From Carcharhinus amblyrhynchos (Eukaryota): a DNA stretch of 64,000 nucleotides. Shown here one piece after another: positions 39,301-51,594 of the stretch (the stretch's first letter is position 1; each line of letters starts with the position of its first letter). Under the pieces are notes generated by a model. It made no database searches. It was not told the origin of the DNA and worked only from the letters and a program-made list of their open reading frames with translations. The translations under genes were made by a program, and so were the position numbers. The stretch lies in the NCBI GenBank assembly GCA_965287045.1, contig OZ336888.1, forward strand, positions 20,522,001-20,586,000, written 5' to 3'.

Positions 39301-39683
39301 ACCTGGGAACATTTTATTACTTTGAAGGTTCTGTCTAATTATAAGTAGTTTCAGCATCACTGCTGTAACACAGTGACACTTGCTGCTGCACATTTCTGCC
39401 AGTATAGCTTTCATAAATTCAAGTTGCACATCTTTATAGCCATCTCTACAACAGTGCGATTCAGATGGTCTCAGACTCAGGTCACAGATAACACTGTTAA
39501 ATAAAAGCAAAATACTGTGGATGCTGGAGATCATAGAATCCTACAGTGCAGAAGGAGGCCATTCAGCCCATCAGGTCTGCACCAACCACAATCGCCCTAT
39601 TCCCATAATGCCATGCATTTACCCCTGACACTAAGAGGCAGTTTAGCATAACCAATCCACACATCTCTGGACTATGGGAGGAA

Positions 39684-39895
39684 CACAGTAAAAAGTCTGA
39701 CAACACCAGGTTTTAGTCCAACCTATTTATTTGATAATATTCTCACAAGCTTTCGAGGGGACAGCCTCACCTGACGAAGAGGCTGTCCCCTCGAAAGCTT
39801 GTGAGAATATTATCAAATAAATAGGTTGGACTAAAACCTGGTGTTGTCAGACTTTTTACTGTGTTTACGCCAGTCCAACGCCGGCATACCCACAT
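39684..39895. mobile_element. Palindromic Penelope-type insertion, copy 3 (young)
   Basis: Perfect inverted repeat 39682-39768 / 39779-39865. TSD ctatgggaggaa at 39672-39683 and 39896-39907. Confidence 0.9.
39766..39805 (+). ncRNA. Minimal type I hammerhead ribozyme motif, intact core
   Basis: CTCAC-CTGACGA-A-GAGG-ctgtcc-CCTC-GAAA-GC-TT-GTGAG: 5-bp stem I, 4-bp stem II, palindromic AGCT stem III. Confidence 0.75.
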
Positions 39896-40964
39896 CTATG
39901 GGAGGAAACCAGAGCACCCAGAGAAAACCCATGCAGACACGGGGAGAATGTGCAAACTCCACACAGACCATGACCCAAGCCAGGAATTGAACCTGGGTCC
40001 CTGGTCCTGTGAGGCAGCAGTGCCACCATGCTGCCTGCAAGACCTAAAATTAAAACCAAGTGCTGGAAAACTCCACAGGCCTGGCAGCATTTGTGGAGAG
40101 AGAAACGGAGTTAACATTTTGATACGCCTCTTCTTTGAAGTGCAATGTAGTGGTAATATTCTTAACTTCCTTTATCATTAACAACAAATTAGGATCACTT
40201 ATTCACCATTTTGTTAAATTTTTAATATTAAAAATTGCTGTAACTCTGTTGGGTAATATTAAGGGAAATCACTTTGAACCATCAGGTAAGCCTAATCAAT
40301 GTAAATTGGCGTGAATTTTCAGCCAATTAGCAAGCCATGGATTGTGTAGAATAATGCAAGCTTTCTCATTTGATCAGGTAGCAATTCTTTCCAATCCCAT
40401 GGCAGAAGTAAGTTTCATGTCTCGGCAATCCTTTCCTTTTTCCCATTTGATTTATTCTGCTTTTTATCCCCTGGACATTTTAGCCATCTGGTATCTAGTT
40501 GTGTCTTAATAAAACAGGCAAGATAAAGAATATATGAATATGCATATTTGTTTTGCCTCACCATTTTTATGATCGCAAGTCCCACTACCCAACAGGTAGG
40601 TTTTTATTTAATTTGTGTGAAATTGTAAAACCTGAAATTAAATGTTATTTGGTGACCTGGGAGGTTGGGTGGGAGTTGAGGTCTGCTGGGATTCTGTTTT
40701 AGAGAGTCCTTGAAGTTTGTTTAGACGTTTACAAGTTAGGTTTTTAAGCTTCATTATTTGAAACAGATTATGTTGCTGAATCCAGAAACATAATGTTGAA
40801 TGGAGTAATGAGAACCAAATTAAAAAGCCCTCCAAGTATCCGAATGGAAAATCTGTATGTTGTTTGAAGTAGCTGATAGTATTGATGTAACACAAGGATT
40901 TCAGAGGTTCTCCAACATTTCTTGTGATGTGCAATGTTGTTTTCCATGTGATACTTTTGCCAGT

Positions 40965-41515
40965 CACCTTAAATATATATTCTATGGTTCTTAACTCCCC
41001 TGTCCATGGTCACGGTTCTTCGCTGTCTACTATGTTTAGACTCCTCATAATTTTGAACACCTCTGTCAAATCTGCTTTCAATCTTTTCTAAGGAGAACAA
41101 GCCTAGCTTCTTCAGTCAATTCAAAGAAATGAGCCCTTCATCTCTGGAATCAGTCTCGCCATTCCTTTCTGGATCTTTTCCGAACCTTTCTCATTCTTCC
41201 TGAAGTGCGGTGGCTGTAATTGGTCAGAACACTCAAGTGGAAGCTGCACCAGTGTTTCATTCAGGCCAATCAACTAACTTTGCTGCTTTGGCACTCTGTA
41301 CATCTGCCGATTAAAACCCTGGATCCCCATATGCCTTTTGACCACTTTCTCATCTTGCCCTGCTATTTCTAATTATTTATGCACGTGTACCTCCCAGATC
41401 TTTCTGCTCCAGCACTCACTGTAGAATTTTAGACTTTATTGTCTCTCCTCATTCTTCTTGCCAAAAATCTTCACTTTTCTCTGCATTAGCTTCGTTTGCC
41501 ATGGTCACCCAATTG
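40965..41515 (-). mobile_element. Decayed CR1 3' region
   Basis: ctcctcataattttgaacacctctgtcaaatct...aaggagaacaagcctagc is the reverse complement of CR1 C-terminal coding sequence. Confidence 0.7.
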
Positions 41516-43611
41516 TTCTGCAATTTTAACACCTACGTTTTTTGGTTCTGATGAAAGCTTATGCCTGAAGTACTATTCTCTACAGACATTCTTTTGTGTG
41601 CAGTCCAGCATTTTGTTTTCATTTCAGATTTCCATTACTTTGAATTTGTTTTTTTCCATAAATGTTGGATAGCTTTCTCTGGTGCTTTTGTCCTCGTACT
41701 TTGTCCATTCCCAGTAACCTACTAGTCTTTCTCATTGCCACAATGACTGAGGAAGGTTTGGAGGCATGGGTATGCAGGAGTGCATGTACTCAGCTTTTCT
41801 ATTTGGATTCAGTTGTAAAGTCTAGAGTTAAACCAACTTCTAATTAAATTGCATTTGAGTGAAAGTATTTTTGTAAACAGAACTTCATCAGGGGCTAATT
41901 TTGAAATCATATTTGAACTAATGAGGTAAACATTATTGAGCTTTCCTGTAACAGTACATATAATTGTGCAATATATATTTTATATCTATTATATATATCC
42001 TGATGAATGAGCAAGTTTTTCTAAGCTTTGCACACTTTTTGCTGTCGTTCAATCACTGAATGGGTTGCAAAGCTGTTTAGGACATGGTATTTGATTTTTA
42101 AAATATATGGGGAGCAAATGCAGATACAAAAGCTTACCTAGATGCCATTGAAAGGCACCTTCAAGATGTGGATGTGAAAACATCTTACATTTGAAGAGCA
42201 TACTAGATGAATGCTCCATGTGCAGTGCCTTTCAAAGTTTCCTGCCTGCTTCATTTGAATGATGAATTCCACTAATATATCATGATGTATTGCAGTTTAT
42301 GTAGGTGCAGCTGTGAATTTCGATGCAGTAATTAAGAAGCACCTTATAACTTTGGTGTTTGAGAGCTGTGATAAAGGAAGACAGGTGGGTCTCGGGTGTC
42401 ATCTGTCAAAGTTGGAATCTGCCTTATCAAAGGAAGCGACAGTGTGCTGATAAATAATCATGTCAGATCCTAATTGGTAAAAGGACTAGGGGAGTTTTTA
42501 ATTTTTTCCAAACTCTCAATTGAACGAGGCAATTCAGAAGCCACATTAAAAGTTTGATAGGGCACTTTCACCTTCATTCATTATCTCATATGTAGTTGTC
42601 AGCTGTACTTTAAAATTTTGAACTTGATTCTCATTGATGGAAATTGGAACATTTATTCAAAAATTTCAGAATTGGATTACTTAATCACAAATAATTACTT
42701 CAGGGTAACTGGTAAGCCTGTTAACTCTACACTTAATATAACTGATGATATTTCTTCTGAAATGCACATACTTTCTTTGCTGCAATTTGGATAATTGGAT
42801 GCCATATCATTTTTGCCTCGCATTTTGAAAACAAAAAGGATCCTGATAAATCTGCCCCATACTGATGTTTACTATTGAGTACCTGAATGAGCATTTGAAC
42901 AATTTTGTGTTAATGGACAAATTGAACCCCTCTTATCGTTAAATGTACAACATTTTGTGGTATTTAGTCATTCAGTTCAATTGGTGTTTCAGTTTCAATC
43001 CTTGATTTGTGCCATGTTGATAAACTGCTGGGAAAGTTAACCTGACTGTAGCTGGAAGGGGAAAATGAAGCGGTCATCTTCGGTGGATACTTATCTGGCC
43101 ATCTGACGAACTCTGCTAGAAATTGTAATTGTAGCTGATATCGTATATGGACAGAATTTCACTTGTATGTGTGCATGCATGAAGCTGAGAAACGCAAGTG
43201 CCTGCCAACAGGATAGAAGCCAGCTAAGAATTTAAGGACACTTGAAGTAGATTACAAAAATCATGTTTATTGGATCTTTCTTTGTGCACATTTGACTGAA
43301 TCTGTTGGCTGCTGATGCTAATAATTACCTGCTGCAGAAAGTTTTGGTGTCTGATGGAATGCTTGTTTTTTTCTGGAATTCTATCTCAGCGGAGAAGGAA
43401 GTTATCTACGGCTCTTCAAAATTCATAGGTGGTAAAATGCAAATGGCTATTTAAATTGGCCTGTGGGTGTGTCAGCAATATATGAATATGCAATTACTGT
43501 GCTTCAGACAAGACTTCAGATTAAAATGATTTAAAAAAAATCCAGAACTAGATGTGCTCGGAAGACTGATGTGAAGTTAATTATTTCATTTTAAATTGAG
43601 AAGCTAAGATG

Positions 43612-43762
43612 AATGCCCAAGATGTGCAGGTTAGGTTGATTGGCCATGCTAAATTGCCCCTTAGTGTCAGAGATATTAGCCGGGTAAATATGTGGGGTTA
43701 CGGGGATACAGCCTGGTTGGGATTGTTGTCAGCACGGGCTTGATGGGCCAAATGGCCTCCTG
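43612..43762 (+). mobile_element. SINE 3' half
   Basis: gatgtgcaggttaggttgattggccatgctaaattgcccc...gggccaaatggcctcc...gattctatga. Confidence 0.75.
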
Positions 43763-45539
43763 CATTATAGGGATTCTATGAATCACCAAGGAACATATTA
43801 CAAGGCACCACCAAAAGAAACAAATCACAAAAGAGAATAAGGTAAGTCAGAAGTGTTGCTTAATTAAGATCAGGGTTGGACTTTAAATGCCTCAAAATTT
43901 TAGGAGAAGCCAAAGATTGAGAGTGATAAGAAATTCCACAAATTTAAGTTCTTGGAGAAGTATCTTGAGGATAGTTATTGAAAATTAATTCCAAATAGTG
44001 GAATTCTGAAGAAGTGAGTTATGTCAGATAATGAGTTTAAATGGAGCAAAAGGACAGTTCAGAGAAATATTGATCATAGTATTGATGGAGTAGTAAAAAA
44101 AACACAAATTGTGCCAGAGTGAAAAAATTGAAAATTTGAGTAAGAGAGAGATCTGCTGAGATAACAGGTTTTTTCTTGTGTCCTCCCAAGAAATGCAAGA
44201 GGGTCATTATGACCTTGATATATGGCAGCAAAATTCAAACCTGAGTTAGGTAAAGGTATTATAGAGATGTAACAATTTTGCAGAGGCAAATATGCTTGTA
44301 CAGAGCAGCAAAAATAGCTTGAATGCAGGGGAACAAAGTCTAAAAGGCAATTTTGGTAATGGAAAAAATGAGCTTCGGTGCCATCTTCCTTTTTGTCGTG
44401 GGCCTGGAGGCCAGACAGGATAAGGATGACAGGTTTCCTTCCCAAGTGAAGCAGATTGTTTTATAATGACAATCCTGTAATTTCATGATCACATGGTGCT
44501 GCAACACAAAGGCTATTTGTCAAAGGGCTTCACTTCAGTAAGGTTTCTTTATTTTCATGGTTGGCATCATGTTTGAATCTAAGACACCAGATTGAAAAAA
44601 ATCAACATGCATATTGCTATTCATTTTTAAATTAATGTTACCTGTGATATATAAAAGCTAGAACTTGATAAAGGTGGCAAAAGCGGATTTAACATTCCGA
44701 ATTGGTTAATCATCTCTAGAAGCAATAATATGTTAAGTGACTGGGAGTGGAAACTAATCACACAACCCGAGTGCTTAAGACACTGGGGGGAAAAAACTTT
44801 GCATTTCTGCAGAAAGGTTTTGCAAGATCTTGAACCAAATTTTGTGCAGAAGATATTCTACCTCATCAACAAGAAGAGTTTGCGTTTGTATATTGGTCTG
44901 AATTTTACGTTTAGCAGTAATTGAATGGCTAATTCTATTCATTATGCTTACGATGGCTCTCAGAATTTTGAGCGACAACTGAAAGCCATTTGGTGTCTGC
45001 AGCTGCACACCACCCACGCCTGACTATTTGGGATTTACGAGAACAGGGCAAGCAACAGTGTGTCACCTCAACCAACTCAACTGAAGAATCTCCATGCAGA
45101 CATGCAGTGCGTGTTGTATATACGCTAGAACATTTAATTCCATGTGAAATTCACATACAGAAAATGAAATGGAGGGAAAGAAATAACAGATTGAGCGGTG
45201 AGACAAAAGAGTGGAAAGTTTAATTTTGGGAACCTCCAACAATAAGTAGAATCTGAGAGAATGAGACTCTACCTTTGTGTAAAAAAAGATATAATTTCAG
45301 TACCAATGAGGTTGCTTGGAAGAAATTAAGTCTTAATACACCATTAAAAAAATCACTTTGAACTGAATGGACAAGCTCTTTTATTTCCTGGTAAGTTTAG
45401 TGAATAACCAATGGGAAAGTACAGTAACTTTACATCCTTAAATTGATTTCAGTGCTTGCTCCAGGGCATAGTACCAGTAAAGCATGACTTGTGCAGGAAC
45501 ACACAAATTGGACAGCAACATTTGGTTTCTATGTTTTAG

Positions 45540-46500
45540 AATAACTTATTTTTATATAGTGCCTTTTAACATCATGAAATCCAAGGGGTTTCACATAGGA
45601 TTATTAAACAAAGCATAACACTGGGCTACATGAGGAGATGTTCAATCAGATAACCAAGAGCTTGCATATATTTTCCTGGATATGATTTGATAGCTAAGAG
45701 TGGAACCCGGTGAGAGTTCTCCCAAAAGTTAGATGGTGATGGAGAGGTGTTTGAGGAGAGATGGTGAGGTCAAACATGTTTTAAAGTTATGGACAGGTCA
45801 AGAAGGATGAGGAGGGAAAATTTACTGATCGCATGCAATTTGTGACTTGGATAAGAAGAGTTTCTATATTGTGGCAAGGTCCGAATCCTCATTGGAGGGA
45901 TTCAAACATGAAATTCTGGGTAATGTGGGAGCAAATTTGGGAAGTGACAACATGTATAAGGACTTTGAGAGGAAAGGGAGATGGAGATGTGATATTAGTT
46001 TGCCAGGAGGATGCATTTTTCTCTGAGGATTGTGGTGATGATGGCAGTTTTGAAGAAATGAGGGAAACAGCTGAAGCGAGAGAATCATTTACAGTGTTGA
46101 GCCAGGAAGGGAAGTTAGGGGGTCAGCAGTTTAGTGGGAATAGAATTGAGCAAACATGAGGGGTCTAATTTACAAGATGAGCTCAGAGTACTTGATGGGA
46201 GGTAGGACAGAAATTAGAAGATTGTGATTTCAGGACAGTGGCAGAAGAGAGTATAATGGAGATTTGGTTTGGTGGACTCCGAGAAAGGAGGGATGTGGCA
46301 CAGGCAGCTGCTCAAACTGTTTTGATTTTTGGACAAAGAAGTCCTTGAGTTCTTTAATGGTAGCGATGGAGGAGACAGAGAAAGGAGTTGAATAAGATGG
46401 TTTGCAATGGAGGAAAGAAGATGGAGGTTATCTTTGCATTCCAAGATGATTCTGGAATAGTGAAGCATTTTAGCAGGGAAGACCAGGACCCTGATACTGT
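45540..46500 (-). mobile_element. Decayed L2-like LINE
   Basis: Purine-rich + strand; tail-like tttatatagtgccttttaac; minus-strand peptide LHYSRIILECKDNLHLLSSIANHLIQ. Confidence 0.55.
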
Positions 46501-47240
46501 TTTGAGGAAGCTTGATGAATTGCTGCAGTGCATCTCACACTGCTGCCACCATGTGTCAGTGGTTGAGAATGAAAACTATGGTTGATGGATGGGATGCCAA
46601 TCAGATGAGCTGTTTTGGCTTGGATGGTGTTGAGTTTGAGTGATGTTGGAACTACAATGTAAAGTTGCTTTACGTTGTAATAACTTCTATGGCCTGACCA
46701 AGGCTGGTCGCCTCAACATTATTCTTAACATAATACCTTGGCTGTTGTCTTTCATATAAAGAAACATCCCAAGATGTAATGAAATGTCGCAAAGAGAGCG
46801 ATTCGGAATCTCTGAACTGTGGTTGATAATCTGGCCATTAAGTAAGCCTTGGAAGATGGGGTGACAAATGGTGTAGCAGAAAGTTTCAGTGGAAAATTTG
46901 AATGAGGCAACTCCTAGTTTACAAGAATCAGTGAAGGCAAGGTATGTGTGGAATATTGGATTTGGAGGAACCAAGTTTTTGAGGGGAAGGTTCGGCTGGA
47001 GAAGGTGACATTAATTAGTTAGACCTTCCATTAGGAGAACAAGGGACGTTTGTTGACGATTGTTTTTACCTCTCTGCCTATGGGCGCTGATTGCTTCAAT
47101 ACTTGAGAAGTTGTGAAAGACCTTTATGTTGCTTGGGCTGATGAGTGACTTTTGTGTCACATCAGTTCTAGACAATGACCACCACCAACAAAATGACTAT
47201 CTCCCTTTGGTAGTCAGTGGTATAATCAACACTGAATCTA

Positions 47241-47293
47241 CTCTCTCTCCCTCTCTCTCTCTCCCTCTCTCTCCCTCTCTCTCTCTCTCTCTC
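47241..47293 (+). repeat. Imperfect (CT)n microsatellite followed by a C-run
   Basis: Read directly. Confidence 0.95.
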
Positions 47294-47826
47294 CTTCCCC
47301 CCCCCACCCCTTGCCAGTGATGCCCTCGCCCCTTGAAAGAATTAAAACAAAACACAGGGCAAGGATTTGGAGGGACTTAGAGATAAATTTGATGTTTTGA
47401 AGGAAGGGAGCTCATGTTGATCAACGATGGGTGGGTGGCGATAGGGCTTTGATGGGGGAGCTAACTTGTCTGCAAGCAGAAAGATAGTAATGGAACTCAA
47501 CAAAGACAGTTACCTGCAGCAATGTCACAGAATGGAGAAATATTTTGAATCCACCACGGTTAATGTGCAAGCTACCATTCTCCCTGTTTTGGGCAGGAGG
47601 CTGGAGAATACAAAGGACTGTTGTTTTGAAACTGAGCCAGTCTGTTTTATTTAAGGGGATCTTGTGAACTTTTAAGGTTAAAATGTCTTGATCTGTTGGT
47701 TCTCCTTTCATGCTTTCCAAATGTTCATATATTTGGAGCAAATTAATTTCTTGAACCTCAAAACAGTTAGATTGTGCAACCTGAAGTTCAGTTGATGTAA
47801 ATGCACTTGTTCTGTTTTATTTCCAG

Positions 47827-47955
47827 GGTTACTTACCTGCCAATGCTGAAAGAAGAGAAAGCACACTACAGCGGAAACGAGCAGAGTACTTTGCTTTTAT
47901 TGAACAATACTATGACTCTAGAAATGATGAACATCATCAAGACACATACAGACAG
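47827..47955 (+). CDS. TBC1D22A: Internal coding exon (129 nt, phase 0-0) of TBC1D22
   Basis: ttctgttttatttccag|GGT TAC...AGA CAG|gtattt. Translates GYLPANAERRESTLQRKRAEYFAFIEQYYDSRNDEHHQDTYRQ, in frame with the previous exon. Confidence 0.95.
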
Positions 47956-48119
47956 GTATTTGGACTGAAATCTTTCCTGTACTGGCTTTGTTGCATCCCT
48001 TCCTATTGAAATATGCACCTTGTGTGTGAAGTTGAAGTCTCCACTTTTTTCATCATAAGGCCTCTGGAGTTAAAAGTTCTTGCTGTGGCAGATGAATGTG
48101 CTAACTCATCAACAGCTTG

Positions 48120-48360
48120 CAATTATGCAATGCCTTCAACATAGGTAACACTGGTAAATTGGGAGCCAGTACTTGTCAGTGAGCCCAGTGATGATGGGGG
48201 AACGAGACTTGGTACAAGTTTGGATATAAGCAGCTGTGTTTCGGATGAGCTCAGGATGATGAATTGGGAGGCCAGCTACGATGGTATAAATAGACAGCCT
48301 TTGTGATTTAAGGGTATGGATTTGAAAGCTCAAGGCTAAGATTGTGAACAGTCTGCAGCA
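48120..48360 (-). mobile_element. L2-like LINE fragment
   Basis: Peptide ELIRNTAAYIQTCTKSRSPIITGLTDKYWLPI resembles L2 'LIQNAAA...HITPVLxxLHWLP'. Confidence 0.7.
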
Positions 48361-49255
48361 ACCTGAGCTCTATTTTCATCCCTTCTGAGGCCCCAATCCC
48401 AACTTGGTAAAGTTGCCATTGTGTTTCCACTTGGTACTGATTTAAGATGTTTCGGGTGTACATTGATTGAAAAAACAACCACATAACTCTATGGCTATGG
48501 CACAGTCTGACTTTGGAATGAATTAAACCGAACATGGGAGGGATGCCTTCCAACTCTTCCTGTACCACTTGAGTTTTAGATCGTGCAGAATGTGGCTCAA
48601 GTTTCTGATGCAAACTAATGCTTGGTATAGTATCAATATGCCAGGCAAACACTTAGTAAGATACACACAACAGGCATGACAATGGGGTACGTTATATGAT
48701 TGCAAAAATGGTATTAAAATGAACATTTAAATTGTTTTGGACTATCAAATCACTGGCAATTCAATAGGCCCATCATTAAATTCAGAATGTTATCATCTCT
48801 CAATCAGAATGTACTTACTCAGAATTTTAAATTTAAAATGGAGCTCCATTATTAGGACAAAGATGATGCATTTCTTGGTACTGGGCTTAACACTTCATTT
48901 TAACTGAAGGCAAACTGTAATCCATTTTCTTTATCTTGTGAAATATTATGAAGAGGAAAAGTAACTGCATTATTTTAAAAGGCTGCATTAAATTGAGAAA
49001 AACAATTTGCCCAGAATGCCCTGCAGGGCACAATTTGAAAGACGATGCCGTTTCTCTCTCTCAGTCTTGGTGGCAAACTTCAGCCAAAAAAAAAATTACA
49101 GAAATTTAAATATTTGCCTCATTTAATAGAGGAAGGACTTAGACTGTAAACTGGTGTTTAAAAGCATTGGTTTGTTATGGTTTTTGGGGTCAGAAAATGG
49201 AAAAATGTTTTAGACAACTTTTTCCTGAAACTTCATTGTTTTTCTAAACCATCAG

Positions 49256-49318
49256 ATTGCCATAGATATACCTCGTATGACTCCTGAGAGTTTAATACTG
49301 CAACCAAAAGTAAAAGAG
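49256..49318 (+). CDS. TBC1D22A: Arginine-finger exon, copy a (63 nt, TBC1D22A-type)
   Basis: ttgtttttctaaaccatcag|ATT GCC ATA GAT ATA CCT CGT...AAA GAG|gtaaga. Translates IAIDIPRMTPESLILQPKVKE; human TBC1D22A as recalled is IHIDIPRMSPEALILQPKVTE. Not in the ORF track. Confidence 0.9.
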
Positions 49319-51528
49319 GTAAGAGCTTTGGGAATGAAGTAAAATACTATCTTTGCCCTGCCTCATCCACCAGTACCATAACTAAAGCTCCTGTGATTGG
49401 CTATATGGTTTGATTTTTGCAGAGCTGGGTTTCTCATTTGATCAGTTCCAATTGCTTAAAATCCTTCCTGTGTATTTTCTTGAAATTGTTTCAATCAGTA
49501 TTATTTGTGATGCCTTGTGATTGTCATATCAACACCAATTACTTCTGTATTAATGATGAAACATGGTTTGAGAGTCATCCACAGAATTAGTACATGACTG
49601 AGTATTGGGGCTTGATTTTTTTTTTATACAGGGCTTTTTTACTCTCCGACAGCCATATGTGCCTGTAGAGGCTAAGCTATAGGTGAAAGGACAAGCACAA
49701 GAATCTATGCTTCTGCCAACACCAACTTATTTGTCAGTTAGGAAAATTGCCATTTATATTTGAATTTGCAACAGCCCCTTCCACTTTGTCAAAGTTGCAA
49801 CATCTTGTGCCACCTCATGAGTCATTGATAATTTTGGATTGCTATAAATGTCTACAACTTGACAATTTCAATTAATGATGGACATTCCCATTGAACCAAG
49901 GGCAGAATCACAGTGCACTGGTGTGGTGTGAAGCTCAGACAAACCTTGCTGATGTTTTAGTTGTTTTCAGTGTTTTACATACATTCCTGTTCATAATCTC
50001 AGTTTGATGCTAATGGTTAGAATGCTATTTGGGGCCATGTTTGCTGACTAAACTTTTGTTGTATTGACTCTTAAATAAAAGTAGGAAGTGAGATAAAGAT
50101 TGTGACTAGCTCCCTGTTATGAATTGTGAAGGAAAAGAGAGAATTTGGGAGCTGTTTTGAGAGGTAAATCTTATCTAGTGGAGATTATCTAGGTTTTGAT
50201 TTTGTTGTATTGGCACTGCAGCCACTGAAAATGTAATGATGACCCTCAGCTGTAAAGCAGTAGGAAGCTGTAGTTAAGTTGTGTCCTAGTTGCCAAGGAA
50301 TGGAGAAAGCAGTTCTGGGTTTCTGCAGCATTCCAGCTATCTGTTTTCTGCAGGTGGTTGGGTCTACACAATGTGTAGAAATTGGGAGATGATCTCTTGT
50401 GCTATCAGAGGACCCTTTAAGGGGAAGAGACAGCTCATGTCAAAGGTTGGTTGATTGATGATGCAAGAGTAGTTATCTTCAAGCTGATCTTGTCCTTTTG
50501 TCACTGGTGAGCAAAGATACCACTCCTGCAGCAGAACTCTCCTTTTTAATGCAGTTGACTCGTGACAAATGAATGGGTGGTAGCAAGTGAAAATTTAATG
50601 GTGTTTAATTAGGAAGTCAGTTTGCAAGCATAGCTTCTCAACTTGACTATTGCCCTCAATTCCAATAATTGATTTCAAGTGCTTCCTCCTATAGACATTT
50701 ATCACTTAACTTCCCGTGCCGATACATGCACTCAGCACTTTTGTCTAAACTGACTCATCTTGGCAGTTGAATAATACTCGATGCTGAAGTTCAGTATTAG
50801 TGTCAATGTGAAGTTAGAGATTCCAGTCTTCAGAATGCAGCTATCGATCTGAGTTAGGCTAAACAAGGAAACGCTGAAAAAAGATTGCAAGTAAAACTGC
50901 CCAAAAACAGCTATTTTGCACTAAGACAGTCACATGCAAACATATGTTCTTAGGTTCTTATGTACATACATTGCTGTTATCCATTGATCTGGTGAAGTAA
51001 CTTATCCTTAGAATTTTTTGAATTGCATAACAATCACCATGATTTTTGCTGATTAAGCTATAAACTTTTGAGACAAGATTAGAGGTCAGTTTGCAAACAA
51101 GAAGCTTATATAGGATCAAAGATTGCTTAAAAATTTGTGCAGTAAATAAACTGAAAATGTGGATGGTTCTTAAGAATGTTTCATCTCTTCTAGATTTCTG
51201 TAAAACTGGAATATGGAAATGATAGTAAAACTGAATTATCTTTGAAGTATTGATATTATTGATTCACCCAGCTCTGCAAATACAGCAGGCATGGACAAAG
51301 CTAGGATTCAGAGTTGCAAAGTTGGTTCTGTTGCTAAATGTATTCAAGGAGCACTTAACCTTGAATTGTGACTCTTCAATACATTGGGTATTCCTAAACA
51401 AATGGCACCGCACTCTGCAGCTGAGAAACTTGGCTTTGAGTCCCAGCTAAATGCTAGCAATCGCCTTGACTGGCTGCACCACCAGGAATAATTTCGCCTC
51501 TGCTACTGTTTTCTTTCTTTATTTACAG

Positions 51529-51594
51529 ATTCATATTGATATTCCAAGAACTAATCCTCTTATTCCTCTCTTTCAACAAGCTTCTGTGCAAAAG
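51529..51594 (+). CDS. TBC1D22A: Arginine-finger exon, copy b (66 nt, TBC1D22B/Gyp1-type)
   Basis: ttttctttctttatttacag|ATT CAT ATT GAT ATT CCA AGA...CAA AAG|gtgaga. Translates IHIDIPRTNPLIPLFQQASVQK; human TBC1D22B as recalled is IHIDIPRTNPLIPLFQQPLVQE. Lies inside ORF 51451..51645. Confidence 0.92.

Larger units (their letters stand above)
39531..40036 (-). mobile_element. Full-length tRNA-derived SINE with LINE-derived tail, interrupted at 39684-39895
   Basis: Head ggcagcatggtggcactgctgcctcacagg..ccaggttcaattcc at the right end; tail catagaatcctacagtgcagaaggaggccattc at the left end. Confidence 0.85.
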
